Assembly (NCBI RefSeq): GCF_013315695.1
Contig: NZ_CP054353.1
Origin: Escherichia coli
GTDB lineage: Bacteria; Pseudomonadota; Gammaproteobacteria; Enterobacterales; Enterobacteriaceae
Reading direction: 5' to 3' (one strand)
DNA: 64,000 nucleotides
The translations under genes were made by a program, and so were the position numbers. Positions 45,582 to 56,748 of the stretch are shown piece by piece (position 1 is the first letter of the stretch; every line of letters begins with the position of its first letter). The notes under the pieces were generated by a model. That model saw only the letters and a program-made list of their open reading frames with translations, made no database searches and had not been told where the DNA came from.

Positions 45582-47081
45582 ATGCTACATTTGTTTGCTG
45601 GCCTGGATTTGCATACCGGGCTGTTATTATTGCTTGCACTGGCTTTTGTGCTGTTCTACGAAGCCATCAATGGTTTCCATGACACAGCCAACGCCGTGGC
45701 AACCGTTATCTATACCCGCGCGATGCGTTCTCAGCTCGCCGTGGTTATGGCGGCGGTGTTCAACTTTTTGGGTGTTTTGCTGGGTGGTCTGAGTGTTGCC
45801 TATGCCATTGTGCATATGCTGCCGACGGATCTGCTGCTTAATATGGGATCGTCTCATGGCCTTGCCATGGTGTTCTCTATGTTGCTGGCGGCGATTATCT
45901 GGAACCTGGGTACCTGGTACTTTGGTTTACCTGCATCCAGCTCTCATACGCTGATTGGCGCGATCATCGGGATTGGTTTAACCAATGCGTTGATGACCGG
46001 GACGTCAGTGGTGGATGCACTCAATATCCCGAAAGTATTAAGTATTTTCGGTTCTCTGATCGTTTCCCCTATTGTCGGCCTGGTGTTTGCTGGCGGTCTG
46101 ATTTTCTTGCTGCGTCGCTACTGGAGCGGCACCAAGAAACGCGCCCGTATCCACCTGACCCCAGCGGAGCGTGAAAAGAAAGACGGCAAGAAAAAGCCGC
46201 CGTTCTGGACGCGTATTGCGCTGATCCTTTCCGCTATCGGCGTGGCGTTTTCGCACGGCGCGAACGATGGTCAGAAAGGTATTGGTCTGGTTATGTTGGT
46301 ATTGATTGGCGTCGCACCAGCAGGCTTCGTGGTGAACATGAATGCCACTGGCTACGAAATCACCCGTACCCGTGATGCCATCAACAACGTGGAAGCTTAC
46401 TTTGAGCAGCACCCTGCGCTGCTGAAACAGGCTACCGGTGCTGATCAGTTAGTACCGGCTCCGGAAGCTGGCGCAACGCAACCTGCGGAGTTCCATTGCC
46501 ATCCGTCGAATACCATTAACGCGCTCAACCGCCTGAAAGGCATGTTGACTACCGATGTGGAAAGCTACGATAAGCTGTCGCTTGATCAACGTAGCCAGAT
46601 GCGCCGCATTATGCTGTGCGTTTCTGACACTATCGACAAAGTGGTGAAGATGCCTGGCGTGAGTGCTGACGATCAGCGTCTGTTGAAGAAACTGAAGTCC
46701 GACATGCTTAGCACCATCGAGTATGCGCCGGTGTGGATCATCATGGCGGTCGCGCTGGCGTTAGGTATCGGTACGATGATTGGCTGGCGTCGTGTGGCAA
46801 CGACTATCGGTGAGAAAATCGGTAAGAAAGGCATGACCTACGCTCAGGGGATGTCTGCCCAGATGACGGCGGCAGTGTCTATCGGCCTGGCAAGTTATAC
46901 CGGGATGCCGGTTTCCACTACTCACGTACTCTCCTCTTCTGTCGCGGGGACGATGGTGGTAGATGGCGGCGGCTTACAGCGTAAAACCGTAACCAGTATT
47001 CTGATGGCCTGGGTATTTACCCTTCCGGCTGCGGTACTGCTTTCCGGCGGGCTGTACTGGCTCTCCTTGCAGTTCCTGTAA
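45582..47081 (+). CDS. pitA: Low-affinity inorganic phosphate / metal-phosphate transporter PitA
   Basis: 499 aa polytopic membrane protein; GANDGQKG motif. Confidence 0.95.
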
Positions 47082-47098
47082 TCGTACGCACCAAAACG

Positions 47099-47129
47099 AG
47101 CGGGTCAGTTTACTGGCCCGCTTTTTTTA
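47099..47129 (+). terminator. Rho-independent terminator of pitA
   Basis: agcggg...cccgct stem followed by TTTTTTT. Confidence 0.75.
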
Positions 47130-47151
47130 TGCGTCATTATTGCTGAAGTGC

Positions 47152-47487
47152 TTAATGCCAAATCATCAATGCAATCAGGCTGACCACCACCAGACCACAC
47201 AATGCGCTGGTCAGAATAAACTGCCGACGCACCCGCTCACAGCGGCGAATAAACTCATCATCGTGATGATCGCGATAACGTTGGGCATAGATATACCAAA
47301 CGAGACGCACCTGTTTGTTGGGTTGGCCATGTGAGGTAAAAAAGCCCCCTCCATCAACATATTGATAGAGCAATGGATCGCAGTTACGCAGTACCACTAA
47401 CAACGCGCGTAGTGATGAGAAATAGCGCGCCATGTTAACAATGCAAACGACACATAAAGCCCAAAATAATGCGACGGTGCTTATCAT
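47152..47487 (-). CDS. uspB: Universal stress protein B
   Basis: 111 aa, two TM segments, [23 protein letters not shown]... Confidence 0.93.
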
Positions 47488-47877
47488 ACCTCCTCCCCGG
47501 CGACCTGCCCGCGGAGTTCCACCCCGGGGCTACCGCTCCCGATACGCTGCCAATCAGTTAACACCAGGTCCTGGAGAAACCGCTTTTGTGGTGACCAACA
47601 TCCGAGCGGCTCTATAGATAGTGTAGGAGATCAGGTTGTTTTTTTTCCAGAAGGTTAACCACTATCAATATATTCATGTCGAAAATTTGTTTATCTAACG
47701 AGTAAGCAAGGCGGATTGACGGATCATCCGGGTCGCTATAAGGTAAGGATGGTCTTAACACTGAATCTTTACGGCTGGGTTAGCCCCGCGCACGTAGTTC
47801 GCAGGACGCGGGTGACGTAACGGCACAAGAAACGCTAGCTGGCCAGTCATCGACAACTTTATGGAAGGAGTAACACT

Positions 47878-48312
47878 ATGGCTTATAAACACATTCTCAT
47901 CGCGGTCGACCTCTCCCCGGAAAGCAAAGTTCTGGTAGAGAAAGCAGTCTCTATGGCTCGCCCCTACAATGCGAAAGTTTCTCTGATCCACGTAGATGTA
48001 AACTACTCTGACCTATACACCGGGCTTATCGATGTGAATCTGGGTGATATGCAGAAACGCATCTCTGAAGAGACACATCATGCGCTGACCGAGCTTTCAA
48101 CCAATGCAGGCTACCCAATCACTGAAACCCTGAGTGGCAGCGGCGACCTGGGCCAGGTACTGGTCGATGCAATCAAGAAATACGATATGGATCTGGTGGT
48201 TTGTGGTCACCACCAGGACTTCTGGAGCAAACTGATGTCTTCCGCACGTCAGCTGATCAACACCGTTCACGTTGATATGCTGATTGTTCCGCTGCGCGAC
48301 GAAGAAGAATAA
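47878..48312 (+). CDS. uspA: Universal stress protein A
   Basis: 144 aa, [39 protein letters not shown]... Confidence 0.96.
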
Positions 48313-48337
48313 TCTTCCCTCCACGACGTGTTCCTGA

Positions 48338-48368
48338 ACGCCCGCATATGCGGGCGTTTTGCTTTTTG
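48338..48368 (+). terminator. Rho-independent terminator of uspA
   Basis: cgcccgc atat gcgggcg hairpin followed by TTTTGCTTTTT. Confidence 0.8.
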
Positions 48369-48627
48369 GCGCGCCTTGTTACCTTGCAGCGTAAACACCT
48401 TATCTGGCCTACGGTCTGCGTACGCAATCAAAATCCCCTGCCAATACAACATTTAACACCATCATATTTTCCATCATTAGTGTGATCAGCTGGTTATTTT
48501 CTGTTGTAATAGTGTATTAATCTATTCACCGCATCAATATTAAGAATCTCTGACAGATGTAAACTTTTTCGCGCGTTATCCCTTACGCGTTCATACTTTT
48601 CAGGATGGTATTGGAAGGTTAATAAAT

Positions 48628-50100
48628 ATGAATACAACAACACCCATGGGGATGCTGCAGCAACCTCGCCCATTTTTCATGATCTTTTTTGTCGAGTTAT
48701 GGGAGCGATTCGGCTACTACGGCGTGCAGGGCGTACTGGCTGTTTTCTTCGTTAAGCAGCTTGGATTCTCGCAAGAACAGGCTTTTGTCACTTTTGGTGC
48801 TTTTGCTGCGCTGGTCTATGGCCTCATTTCCATTGGCGGCTATGTCGGCGACCACCTGCTGGGGACCAAACGCACCATTGTTCTCGGAGCACTTGTGCTG
48901 GCGATTGGCTACTTCATGACCGGCCTGTCGCTACTTAAGCCTGACCTGATTTTCATCGCCCTGGGGACTATCGCTGTCGGTAACGGCCTGTTTAAAGCTA
49001 ACCCAGCCAGCTTGCTTTCGAAGTGCTATCCGCCGAAAGATCCGCGGCTTGATGGCGCATTTACCCTGTTCTATATGTCGATCAACATCGGCTCGTTGAT
49101 AGCGTTATCGCTGGCCCCTGTGATCGCTGATAGATTCGGCTATTCAGTCACCTACAACCTGTGCGGTGCGGGATTAATTATCGCGCTATTGGTTTACATC
49201 GCCTGTCGCGGAATGGTGAAAGACATTGGTTCTGAACCCGACTTCCGGCCGATGAGCTTCAGCAAACTGTTGTACGTGTTACTTGGCAGCGTGGTGATGA
49301 TCTTCGTCTGTGCATGGCTGATGCACAACGTAGAAGTCGCCAATCTGGTGCTGATTGTTCTCTCCATCGTCGTCACCATCATTTTCTTTCGTCAGGCATT
49401 CAAGCTGGATAAAACCGGGCGCAATAAAATGTTTGTCGCCTTTGTCCTGATGCTCGAAGCGGTGGTGTTTTACATTCTCTACGCCCAGATGCCAACGTCG
49501 CTGAACTTCTTTGCCATCAACAACGTGCATCATGAAATTCTCGGCTTTTCCATCAACCCGGTCAGCTTCCAGGCGCTTAACCCGTTCTGGGTGGTACTCG
49601 CCAGCCCAATACTGGCAGGCATTTACACGCATCTGGGTAACAAAGGCAAAGATCTCTCGATGCCGATGAAGTTTACTCTCGGCATGTTTATGTGCTCACT
49701 GGGCTTTTTGACGGCTGCAGCGGCTGGAATGTGGTTTGCGGATGCCCAGGGGCTGACATCGCCATGGTTTATCGTGCTGGTGTACTTATTCCAGAGCTTA
49801 GGTGAACTGTTTATTAGCGCCCTTGGCCTGGCGATGATTGCTGCCCTGGTGCCGCAGCATTTGATGGGCTTTATTCTCGGGATGTGGTTCCTGACGCAGG
49901 CTGCCGCGTTCTTGCTGGGCGGCTATGTGGCAACATTTACCGCAGTACCAGACAACATTACCGATCCGCTTGAGACGTTGCCCGTCTATACCAACGTGTT
50001 TGGTAAGATTGGCCTGGTTACGCTGGGCGTTGCCGTAGTGATGCTATTGATGGTGCCGTGGCTGAAACGCATGATTGCGACGCCGGAAAGCCATAGCTAG
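48628..50100 (+). CDS. dtpB: Dipeptide/tripeptide:H+ symporter DtpB (POT family)
   Basis: 490 aa; ExxERFxYYG POT signature ([13 protein letters not shown]). Confidence 0.94.
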   Translation: MNTTTPMGMLQQPRPFFMIFFVELWERFGYYGVQGVLAVFFVKQLGFSQEQAFVTFGAFAALVYGLISIGGYVGDHLLGTKRTIVLGALVLAIGYFMTGLSLLKPDLIFIALGTIAVGNGLFKANPASLLSKCYPPKDPRLDGAFTLFYMSINIGSLIALSLAPVIADRFGYSVTYNLCGAGLIIALLVYIACRGMVKDIGSEPDFRPMSFSKLLYVLLGSVVMIFVCAWLMHNVEVANLVLIVLSIVVTIIFFRQAFKLDKTGRNKMFVAFVLMLEAVVFYILYAQMPTSLNFFAINNVHHEILGFSINPVSFQALNPFWVVLASPILAGIYTHLGNKGKDLSMPMKFTLGMFMCSLGFLTAAAAGMWFADAQGLTSPWFIVLVYLFQSLGELFISALGLAMIAALVPQHLMGFILGMWFLTQAAAFLLGGYVATFTAVPDNITDPLETLPVYTNVFGKIGLVTLGVAVVMLLMVPWLKRMIATPESHS

Positions 50101-50112
50101 TTTCCCATTCTC

Positions 50113-50135
50113 CCGACCAGCAATCGCCGGTCGGG
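50113..50135 (+). terminator. Hairpin downstream of dtpB (cccgacc...ggtcggg)
   Basis: 7-bp stem immediately after dtpB stop; no strong T-tract. Confidence 0.35.
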
Positions 50136-50486
50136 ATCCTCTCTGGTTTAACTTCCCGCCAAAATCAAACACGCACAAAACCGCACAAAAACCTCTATTC
50201 ACGCAGAGTCACGCATTAATAATTCTATTAACAAGAAATATTTGAATCCTGGAAAGCAATACGCAAAATTAATGAAAACAGTGCAACCAATTGTTTAATA
50301 TGAAAATATAATAAATCATGTGATTCATCTCTCAAATATTAACGATCTCCATAGGCAATGCATGTTTCTGCGCATAAATTACAAACATGCAAAAACACGC
50401 ATTAAGATGTAAACAAAATGATGCTGGCTGCATAAAAATCATGCTGGCAGTAAGCCTTAATCAATGAAGAAACGTGGAGAATGAAG

Positions 50487-51296
50487 ATGGATCAAGCAAA
50501 CAAATGGTTGGATCTCTCAGGAAAAGTGGTGATCGTGACCGGGGGCAGTATGGGGTTAGGCGAAAAAATGGTCGAAAACCTCTCTGCAAATGGCGCAAAT
50601 GTCGTTTATGCCGATCTGGCTCCCAACCAGAGCTTTAATGAGATGGAAGGCATTACCTTTATAAAATGTGATGTCACAAAAAAGACCCAGGTTGAAGCTC
50701 TCACACAGACAGTCGTAGAAAAGTTTGGTCATATTGATGGCCTGGTTAATAACGCCGGGGTCAGCCGCCCGCGACTGTTGGTCGATGTATTTAAACAAAA
50801 ACCAGAGTACGAACTTAGTGAAGACGACTTTGATTTTATGGTGGGAGTGAATCAAAAAGCCGTTTACCTGGTATCGCAGGCCGTAGCTCGTCAGATGGTC
50901 GAACAGCAGTCAGGCGTCATTATTAATATGACATCTGAAGCAGGTGTTCAGGGATCGCGTGGACAAAGCTGTTATTCAGCGACAAAAGCCGCCGTCAATG
51001 CATTCACCTTTTCATGGGCAAAAGAACTGGGTCCGTTTAACGTTCGCGTTGTCAGCGTTGAACCAGCTATAAACGTTCCTACTCCTATGAACAGCGAAGC
51101 GAATTTCCGTGCTCTTGCTTATACACGCGGCACAGATCCCTCACATGTTCATAAAGATTACAAAGGAATTATCCCGCTTGGTCGCCCTGGCAAACTCGAA
51201 GAAATCGCTGACTTAATTTCTTTCCTGGTTTCGGATCGTTCTTCCTACATTACCGGTTCCGTGATCAATATCACCGGCGGTAAATCACACCATTAA
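50487..51296 (+). CDS. Short-chain dehydrogenase/reductase (SDR) family oxidoreductase
   Basis: ORF 50481..51296; ATG 50487 after GGAGA. Gly-rich VTGGSMGLG motif, YSATK catalytic motif. Confidence 0.8.
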   Translation: MDQANKWLDLSGKVVIVTGGSMGLGEKMVENLSANGANVVYADLAPNQSFNEMEGITFIKCDVTKKTQVEALTQTVVEKFGHIDGLVNNAGVSRPRLLVDVFKQKPEYELSEDDFDFMVGVNQKAVYLVSQAVARQMVEQQSGVIINMTSEAGVQGSRGQSCYSATKAAVNAFTFSWAKELGPFNVRVVSVEPAINVPTPMNSEANFRALAYTRGTDPSHVHKDYKGIIPLGRPGKLEEIADLISFLVSDRSSYITGSVINITGGKSHH

Positions 51297-51323
51297 TCAA
51301 TAATCACTAAAATGGAGCCGACC

Positions 51324-52790
51324 ATGGGGAACAGTAAAATTGCCAATAGCCCTGCGTTAGCGAAAATAAGAAAGTTTGGTGGAGTAATGAGCGGCATGGT
51401 AATGCCGAATCTGGGTGCCTTTGTAGGATGGGGGTTAATGGCCGCTATCTTCATTCCTAACGGATGGTTTCCTAATGAAAAATTAGGCCAGATGGTCGGC
51501 CCCATCCTGAATTATCTTTTCCCATTACTTATTGGGTATACCGCAGGTTATAACATTCACGGTCAGCGCGGAGGGGTCATCGCTGCTTTCGCAACGATGG
51601 GCGTCATCGTAGGTTCTGAAATAACCATGATAAGCGGCGCGATGGTCATGGGGCCGTTATCGTCCTGGCTATTGAAAAAGTTTGACCAGAAAGTACAGCA
51701 CCGAATTAAACCTGGCTTCGAGATGTTTGTAAATAATTTCAGTCTGGGAATAATAGGACTGCTTTGTGCAATCTTTGCTTATATGACAGTGGGGCCGGTT
51801 ATCCGCGTCCTGATCGTTATTATCACTTCAGGCGTGAACTGGTGTACCAGTCATAATTTACTGCCGTTACTATCAGTATTTATGGCTCCTGCACAGGTGC
51901 TTTTCCTGAATAACGTGGTGAACCACGGTATTCTCGCGCCAATTGGTTTTGCCCAAGTTCCTGAATTGGGTAAATCAATTATGTTCCTTGTGGATACCAA
52001 TAACGGTCCCTTGCTCGGAACATTGATGGCCATCGCCCTGTTTGGTCGTAGTCGTGCGAAGAAAACAGCACCAATGGCGATGTTTATCGCCGGTATTGCA
52101 GGGATTGGTGAAGTCTACTTCCCGTTTGTACTGGCTAATCCGTTGTTAGTCTTCGCAACAATGGGCGGCCTTGCTGTCTCTTTGTTCTTACAGGTGATCA
52201 TGGGCGGCGGTTTGATCGGTGTGGCTTCGCCGGGGAGTTTGATCGCCATCGCCATGATGACGCCTAAAAGTGCGATTATTGCCAACCTGGTATCTATCAG
52301 CGCCGGTTTTGTCGTCTCCTGTACACTTGGCTGGTTAATTCTCAAAATTAGCCCCGGTTCAGAAGATGATGACGAAGAAAATCCGGTCATCGTCGGTGGT
52401 CGTCAGGTGAGATCTGTTAGCGACTTTGTCCCTGGCATCTCAAACGTGACGGCGGCAACCAGTAATAAAACCGTTCAACGCATTTTGGTTGCCTGTGATT
52501 CAGGTATGGGGTCCAGCGCGATGGGGGCATCTGTTTTACGAAAACGGTTAAAAGCTGAAGGGCTCGATTACATAACTGTTGTCAACGATTCCGCAAACAG
52601 AGTAGGTAGAGATTACGATATTGTCATTACGCTTTCCGGACTACTCGAACGCGCAAGACTAAGTTGCGAGAATGAAAATACTGTTTTTATGACGGTGAAA
52701 AACTTTATTAAGTTAAGTGACTATGATGAGGCAGTGTCCTATATAAAAACGCAAGAAAATGTTACTCAACGTGAGGAGGCGACGGCATGA
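51324..52790 (+). CDS. PTS EIICB component, mannitol (MtlA/CmtA-like) family
   Basis: ORF 51312..52790; ATG 51324 after GGAG. N-terminus GMVMPNLGAFVGWGLMAAIFIP resembles MtlA; C-terminal EIIB ILVACDSGMGSSAMG (phospho-Cys). Confidence 0.82.
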   Translation: MGNSKIANSPALAKIRKFGGVMSGMVMPNLGAFVGWGLMAAIFIPNGWFPNEKLGQMVGPILNYLFPLLIGYTAGYNIHGQRGGVIAAFATMGVIVGSEITMISGAMVMGPLSSWLLKKFDQKVQHRIKPGFEMFVNNFSLGIIGLLCAIFAYMTVGPVIRVLIVIITSGVNWCTSHNLLPLLSVFMAPAQVLFLNNVVNHGILAPIGFAQVPELGKSIMFLVDTNNGPLLGTLMAIALFGRSRAKKTAPMAMFIAGIAGIGEVYFPFVLANPLLVFATMGGLAVSLFLQVIMGGGLIGVASPGSLIAIAMMTPKSAIIANLVSISAGFVVSCTLGWLILKISPGSEDDDEENPVIVGGRQVRSVSDFVPGISNVTAATSNKTVQRILVACDSGMGSSAMGASVLRKRLKAEGLDYITVVNDSANRVGRDYDIVITLSGLLERARLSCENENTVFMTVKNFIKLSDYDEAVSYIKTQENVTQREEATA

Positions 52791-53215
52791 CATCCATTTT
52801 CTCACCGAATAACATTATCCTGAACGCAAAAGCAGGAGATAAATACGAGGCTATTACTCTTACTGGTAATATTCTTAAACAAAATGGTTATGTCACTGAA
52901 GAATACATCCAGAGAATGAAACTAAGGGAGGAGATCGTTTCAACCTATCTTGGTAATGGTCTGGCAATTCCCCATGGCACTGATGGTTCAGATTGCGAGA
53001 TTGTTAAATCTGGAATCTCTCTGGTACAGTTTCCCGATGGTATTGATTTTGGCGATGGGAATACTGCCTATATAACCATTGGCATTGCCGGAAAAGAAGG
53101 CGAACACTTGGATCTGTTAAATAAGATCGCCTTAATTTGTATTGACGAAGATAATGTTAAAGCATTGCGTAACGCTAAAACCATTGAACAGGTTTTACAA
53201 GTACTCAACATCTAA
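52787..53215 (+). CDS. PTS EIIA component, mannitol (CmtB/MtlA-IIA-like) family
   Basis: 142 aa; LAIPHGTDGSD phospho-His region; 4-bp overlap with EIICB. Confidence 0.8.
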   Translation: MTSIFSPNNIILNAKAGDKYEAITLTGNILKQNGYVTEEYIQRMKLREEIVSTYLGNGLAIPHGTDGSDCEIVKSGISLVQFPDGIDFGDGNTAYITIGIAGKEGEHLDLLNKIALICIDEDNVKALRNAKTIEQVLQVLNI

Positions 53216-53255
53216 GATATACTCATTATTCTATGAATAAAATGAGTATGTTACG

Positions 53256-53954
53256 ATGAAAGCTGCCAGACAAGACATTATCCTTCAAATACTTGAGAAA
53301 GAGAAAAAGATTGTTGCCAGTAAATTAAGTGAGCGTCTTAAGGTTTCTGAAGACACCATAAGACGCGACTTAAATGAACTGGCTAACCAGGGGTTAATTC
53401 GTCGGGTTCATAGCGGCGCGATTCGTGTGGGGCCTGCCATTACCGACTTTAACGTCAGGCAAGATCTGAATATTAATGAGAAGGTTAAGCTTGCAAAGAA
53501 AGCAGTACATTTAATTAAAGAAAATAGCGTCATTTTAATTGATGGAGGAACAACTAATTACGAATTAGTAAAGCTGATCCCTAAAGATTTAAAGTGTACG
53601 GTTGTCTCCAATAACATACCTATTCTGCATCTTTTAAGTGATTATCAGAATGTAGAGGTCATTGGTCTTGGTGGTCGCCTGTATAAAAACTCTTTAGTGT
53701 TGATTGGCGCAGAGACTATTCGCGAACTTGAGGCAATTCGCCCTGATATTTATTTCATGGGTGTTGCGCATGTTGATAGCGAAGTGGGTGTTACCATTCC
53801 TGGTCTAGATGAGTGCTATACCAAACAAAAAATGGCTCAAGTCTCAAATGAAGTTGCCATCCTCGTAACAGAGGAAAAACTTGAGACGCGTTCTAATTTC
53901 GTCGTGTCCTCACTCAAGGATATTAACTATATATTTACGAGTAAGGACATCTAA
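53256..53954 (+). CDS. DeoR-family transcriptional regulator
   Basis: 232 aa; N-terminal HTH LSERLKVSEDTIRRDLNELANQGLIRRVHSGAI plus DeoR-type sugar-phosphate sensing domain. Confidence 0.8.
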   Translation: MKAARQDIILQILEKEKKIVASKLSERLKVSEDTIRRDLNELANQGLIRRVHSGAIRVGPAITDFNVRQDLNINEKVKLAKKAVHLIKENSVILIDGGTTNYELVKLIPKDLKCTVVSNNIPILHLLSDYQNVEVIGLGGRLYKNSLVLIGAETIRELEAIRPDIYFMGVAHVDSEVGVTIPGLDECYTKQKMAQVSNEVAILVTEEKLETRSNFVVSSLKDINYIFTSKDI

Positions 53955-53971
53955 AAACATGAGGTATTTTA

Positions 53972-55144
53972 ATGAAACGCGTATTAATTATCGGCGCTGG
54001 CCGCCTTGGTAAAGGTTTTGTTGGAGAAACTTTTGATAACGCAGGCTGGAATATTACTTTCCTTGATAAAGATCCACGAGTTATTGATGAATTAAATCGT
54101 CATAATAAATATACCGTTCAGGTATTCCGCACCGATGATATCATCATGCATGAGGTAACCAATTTTCGTGCCTTTGCTACAGATGATAACTACTCCGTAA
54201 TGAATGACTTCCTGGAATCTTCCGTTATTATGTGTCCGCTATATCCGGAAGATTTTGAAGAGTCTGCGCGTTATCTCGGAAAATGCTTTGAACAGCAGTT
54301 TAAAGTTGACCCTGATAAAAAAATGACGCTCATTTGCCTGACCAATAAAAATCATATTATTAAAGACATCGAAGCCTGGTATCGCAATGCCATTCCTTCA
54401 GCGCAGGCGCGAGACTGGTTTGATTCCCATGTCGCCATTCGTGACTCGATCGTCAGACGTTCAACCGATGCCGAAACGCATTACGCAACGCAGATCGATA
54501 GCACCGCTGTCGCCTCCTTATTGATTCAAACCCCGCTGTACAATGACATTAGCGACGTGGAATGGCTGGAGCCACGCGATCATCTGGAAATGCTTAAAGA
54601 CATTAAAGTCTTTACCATCAATGGCCCACACGCCACCACTGCTTATTACGGACACCTGAAAGGTTATAACACCATTCCGGATGCCTCCGCAGACCCGGAA
54701 GTAGCCGCATTAGCCAATGCGGTACACGACGTCACCATCAAGGCGGTGATGACAGAATATCCGCAAATCACCCGTGAAGCCCTTACGGACCTGGAATATT
54801 TGCCGAAAGCCAAGAACGAGCTCCCCGACTCAATCCATCGCGTCGCCTATGATCCCGTGCGCAAATTAGCCTTTAAAGACCGCTTAATGGGCGTGGTGCA
54901 GCTTTGCCTGAAATACAATCTTGATTATTCACCGCTAACCAAAGCCATCGCCTGTGGCCTCGCTTACTATGCCGAAGACGACCGCGCTTCTGTAAATCTG
55001 CAACAGCAGATGCAGAAAAAGGGCTTGCTGACGACAACCGCGCAAATTATCGGTTTGCCGAAAGATCATCCCGTCACGCTAAATGTTGCACAACAATATT
55101 TAGCGTTGGATGCTGAAAATTTAATTCCAGCCATACCGTGTTAA
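53972..55144 (+). CDS. Mannitol dehydrogenase-family polyol-phosphate dehydrogenase (MtlD-like)
   Basis: 390 aa; N-terminal Rossmann VLIIGAGRLGKGFVGETF resembles MtlD. Confidence 0.7.
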   Translation: MKRVLIIGAGRLGKGFVGETFDNAGWNITFLDKDPRVIDELNRHNKYTVQVFRTDDIIMHEVTNFRAFATDDNYSVMNDFLESSVIMCPLYPEDFEESARYLGKCFEQQFKVDPDKKMTLICLTNKNHIIKDIEAWYRNAIPSAQARDWFDSHVAIRDSIVRRSTDAETHYATQIDSTAVASLLIQTPLYNDISDVEWLEPRDHLEMLKDIKVFTINGPHATTAYYGHLKGYNTIPDASADPEVAALANAVHDVTIKAVMTEYPQITREALTDLEYLPKAKNELPDSIHRVAYDPVRKLAFKDRLMGVVQLCLKYNLDYSPLTKAIACGLAYYAEDDRASVNLQQQMQKKGLLTTTAQIIGLPKDHPVTLNVAQQYLALDAENLIPAIPC

Positions 55145-55146
55145 TT

Positions 55147-55434
55147 ATGATGTCTGAATCAACATGCTGTGCGAATTTTATTATTAAAAATGAACATGGT
55201 ATTCATGCCCGACCTGGTGCGTACATTGTGAATCTTTTAAAACCGTTTAACTGTGCGGTGAAAATTGCCAACCTGTCACGCAATGATCATTACGTTAATG
55301 CAAAAAGTCTTATGGCATTAATGTCGCTGGGAATAAAAAACGGGCATGAAGTCAGTGTTATTTTTGATGGTAAAGACGCACAAAGCGCATTACAAAAGCT
55401 GAGCGCTGAAATTGAAAACGGCTTAGGTGAATAG
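55147..55434 (+). CDS. HPr-like phosphocarrier protein (second island-encoded paralogue)
   Basis: ORF from GTG 55138; ATG at 55147/55150. GIHARPGA active-site His, NAKSLMALMSLG Ser-46-like region. Confidence 0.78.
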   Translation: MMSESTCCANFIIKNEHGIHARPGAYIVNLLKPFNCAVKIANLSRNDHYVNAKSLMALMSLGIKNGHEVSVIFDGKDAQSALQKLSAEIENGLGE

Positions 55435-55447
55435 GCCTTATCTGCTG

Positions 55448-55469
55448 GCGCTTATTACTTAATAAGCGC
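55448..55469 (+). promoter_or_regulatory. Perfect 9-bp-stem hairpin between HPr-like and GldA-like genes
   Basis: gcgcttatt-actt-aataagcgc; possible intra-operon attenuator or processing site. Confidence 0.3.
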
Positions 55470-55492
55470 TCTAATATTAAGGATTGATGATT

Positions 55493-56584
55493 ATGATTAC
55501 CACAGCAATATTCCCTGGAAGATATATTCAGGGGGCGGGAGCTATTGAGCAATGTTTAGGTGAGGAGTTATCCCGTTTTGGCAACAAGGCAATGATTGTG
55601 GAAGATCCGGTAGTTAATCAAACCATCGGCGGCAAAATTGCCGACGCGCTAAACGAAGATTTTACTTACGAGCTGGAAATTTTTAATCGCGAATGCTGCG
55701 ATGAAGAAATTGAACGAATCTGCAAATGCACGCAGGCCTGTGGCGCGAAGATGATTGTGGGTATCGGCGGCGGCAAAACGCTGGACACCGCCAAGGCCGT
55801 CGGTGCTACTCTTAATTTGCCGATCATCGTCATCCCTACGCTGGCGTCTACCGATGCGCCATGCAGCTCGCTGGTTGTCATTTACACGGCGCAGGGTCAG
55901 TTCAAACGTTATATGATGATCCCCCATAACCCGTCCCTTGTTTTCATCGACTCGCAGGTGGTAGCCAATGCGCCGGTGCGTTTCCTGCTCTCGGGTATCG
56001 GTGATGCCCTGGCAACCTGGTTTGAAGCCGAAGATTGCCGGATCAAAGGCGCAGGAAATATGACCGGGCGTCCGGGGCCGATGTCTGCCTATGCGCTGGC
56101 GAAATTGTGCTTCGACACCATCCTGGAGTACGGCGAACAGGCGGTAACGGCTTGCCGTATGCATCAGGTTACCCCCGCCCTTGAACATGTTATCGAAGCC
56201 AATACGCTACTTTCCGGGCTGGGCTTTGAGAGCGGCGGGCTTGCTGCCGCGCACGCCATTCATAACGGGCTGACGGTTGTGCCTGAAACGAAAGCGTTCT
56301 GGCATGGCGAAAAAGTGGCCTTTGGCACCCTGGCCATGCTGCTAATGACCGACAGAAAACCGGAGCTGATAGCCCAGGTTTATACGTTTTACCGAAGCGT
56401 GGGGCTGCCAGTGACGCTTGCCGAAATTGGCATCACCGATAGTTCACCAGAGCATCTGATGAAAATTGCCCAGGCCGCCTGCCAGCCGGGCGAAACGATG
56501 CATAACGAACCTTTTGAGATCACGCCAGAAAGCGTCGTCGCGGCTTTAATTGCTGCCGACGCATACGGCAAAAAATACCATTAA
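55493..56584 (+). CDS. Iron-containing (group III) alcohol dehydrogenase, glycerol dehydrogenase GldA-like
   Basis: ORF from TTG 55484; ATG 55493. GIGGGKTLDTAKA, ASTDAPCSSL, GFESGGLAAAHAIHNG motifs match GldA family. Confidence 0.82.
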   Translation: MITTAIFPGRYIQGAGAIEQCLGEELSRFGNKAMIVEDPVVNQTIGGKIADALNEDFTYELEIFNRECCDEEIERICKCTQACGAKMIVGIGGGKTLDTAKAVGATLNLPIIVIPTLASTDAPCSSLVVIYTAQGQFKRYMMIPHNPSLVFIDSQVVANAPVRFLLSGIGDALATWFEAEDCRIKGAGNMTGRPGPMSAYALAKLCFDTILEYGEQAVTACRMHQVTPALEHVIEANTLLSGLGFESGGLAAAHAIHNGLTVVPETKAFWHGEKVAFGTLAMLLMTDRKPELIAQVYTFYRSVGLPVTLAEIGITDSSPEHLMKIAQAACQPGETMHNEPFEITPESVVAALIAADAYGKKYH

Positions 56585-56620
56585 TTATCTCAGATTGTTG
56601 ACAAAGTGCGCTTTGTTCAT

Positions 56621-56719
56621 GCCGGATGCGGCGTGAACGCCTTATCCGGCCTACAAAATCATGCAAATTCAATATATTGCACAAACCACGTAGGCCTGAT
56701 AAGGCGTAGCGCATCAGGC
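56621..56719. repeat. REP/BIME element between convergent island genes
   Basis: gccggatgcggcgtgaacgccttatccggcctaca and gtaggcctgataaggcgtagcgcatcaggc REP units. Confidence 0.8.
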
Positions 56720-56748
56720 AGTTTTTTCGTTTGTCATCAGTCTCTTTT

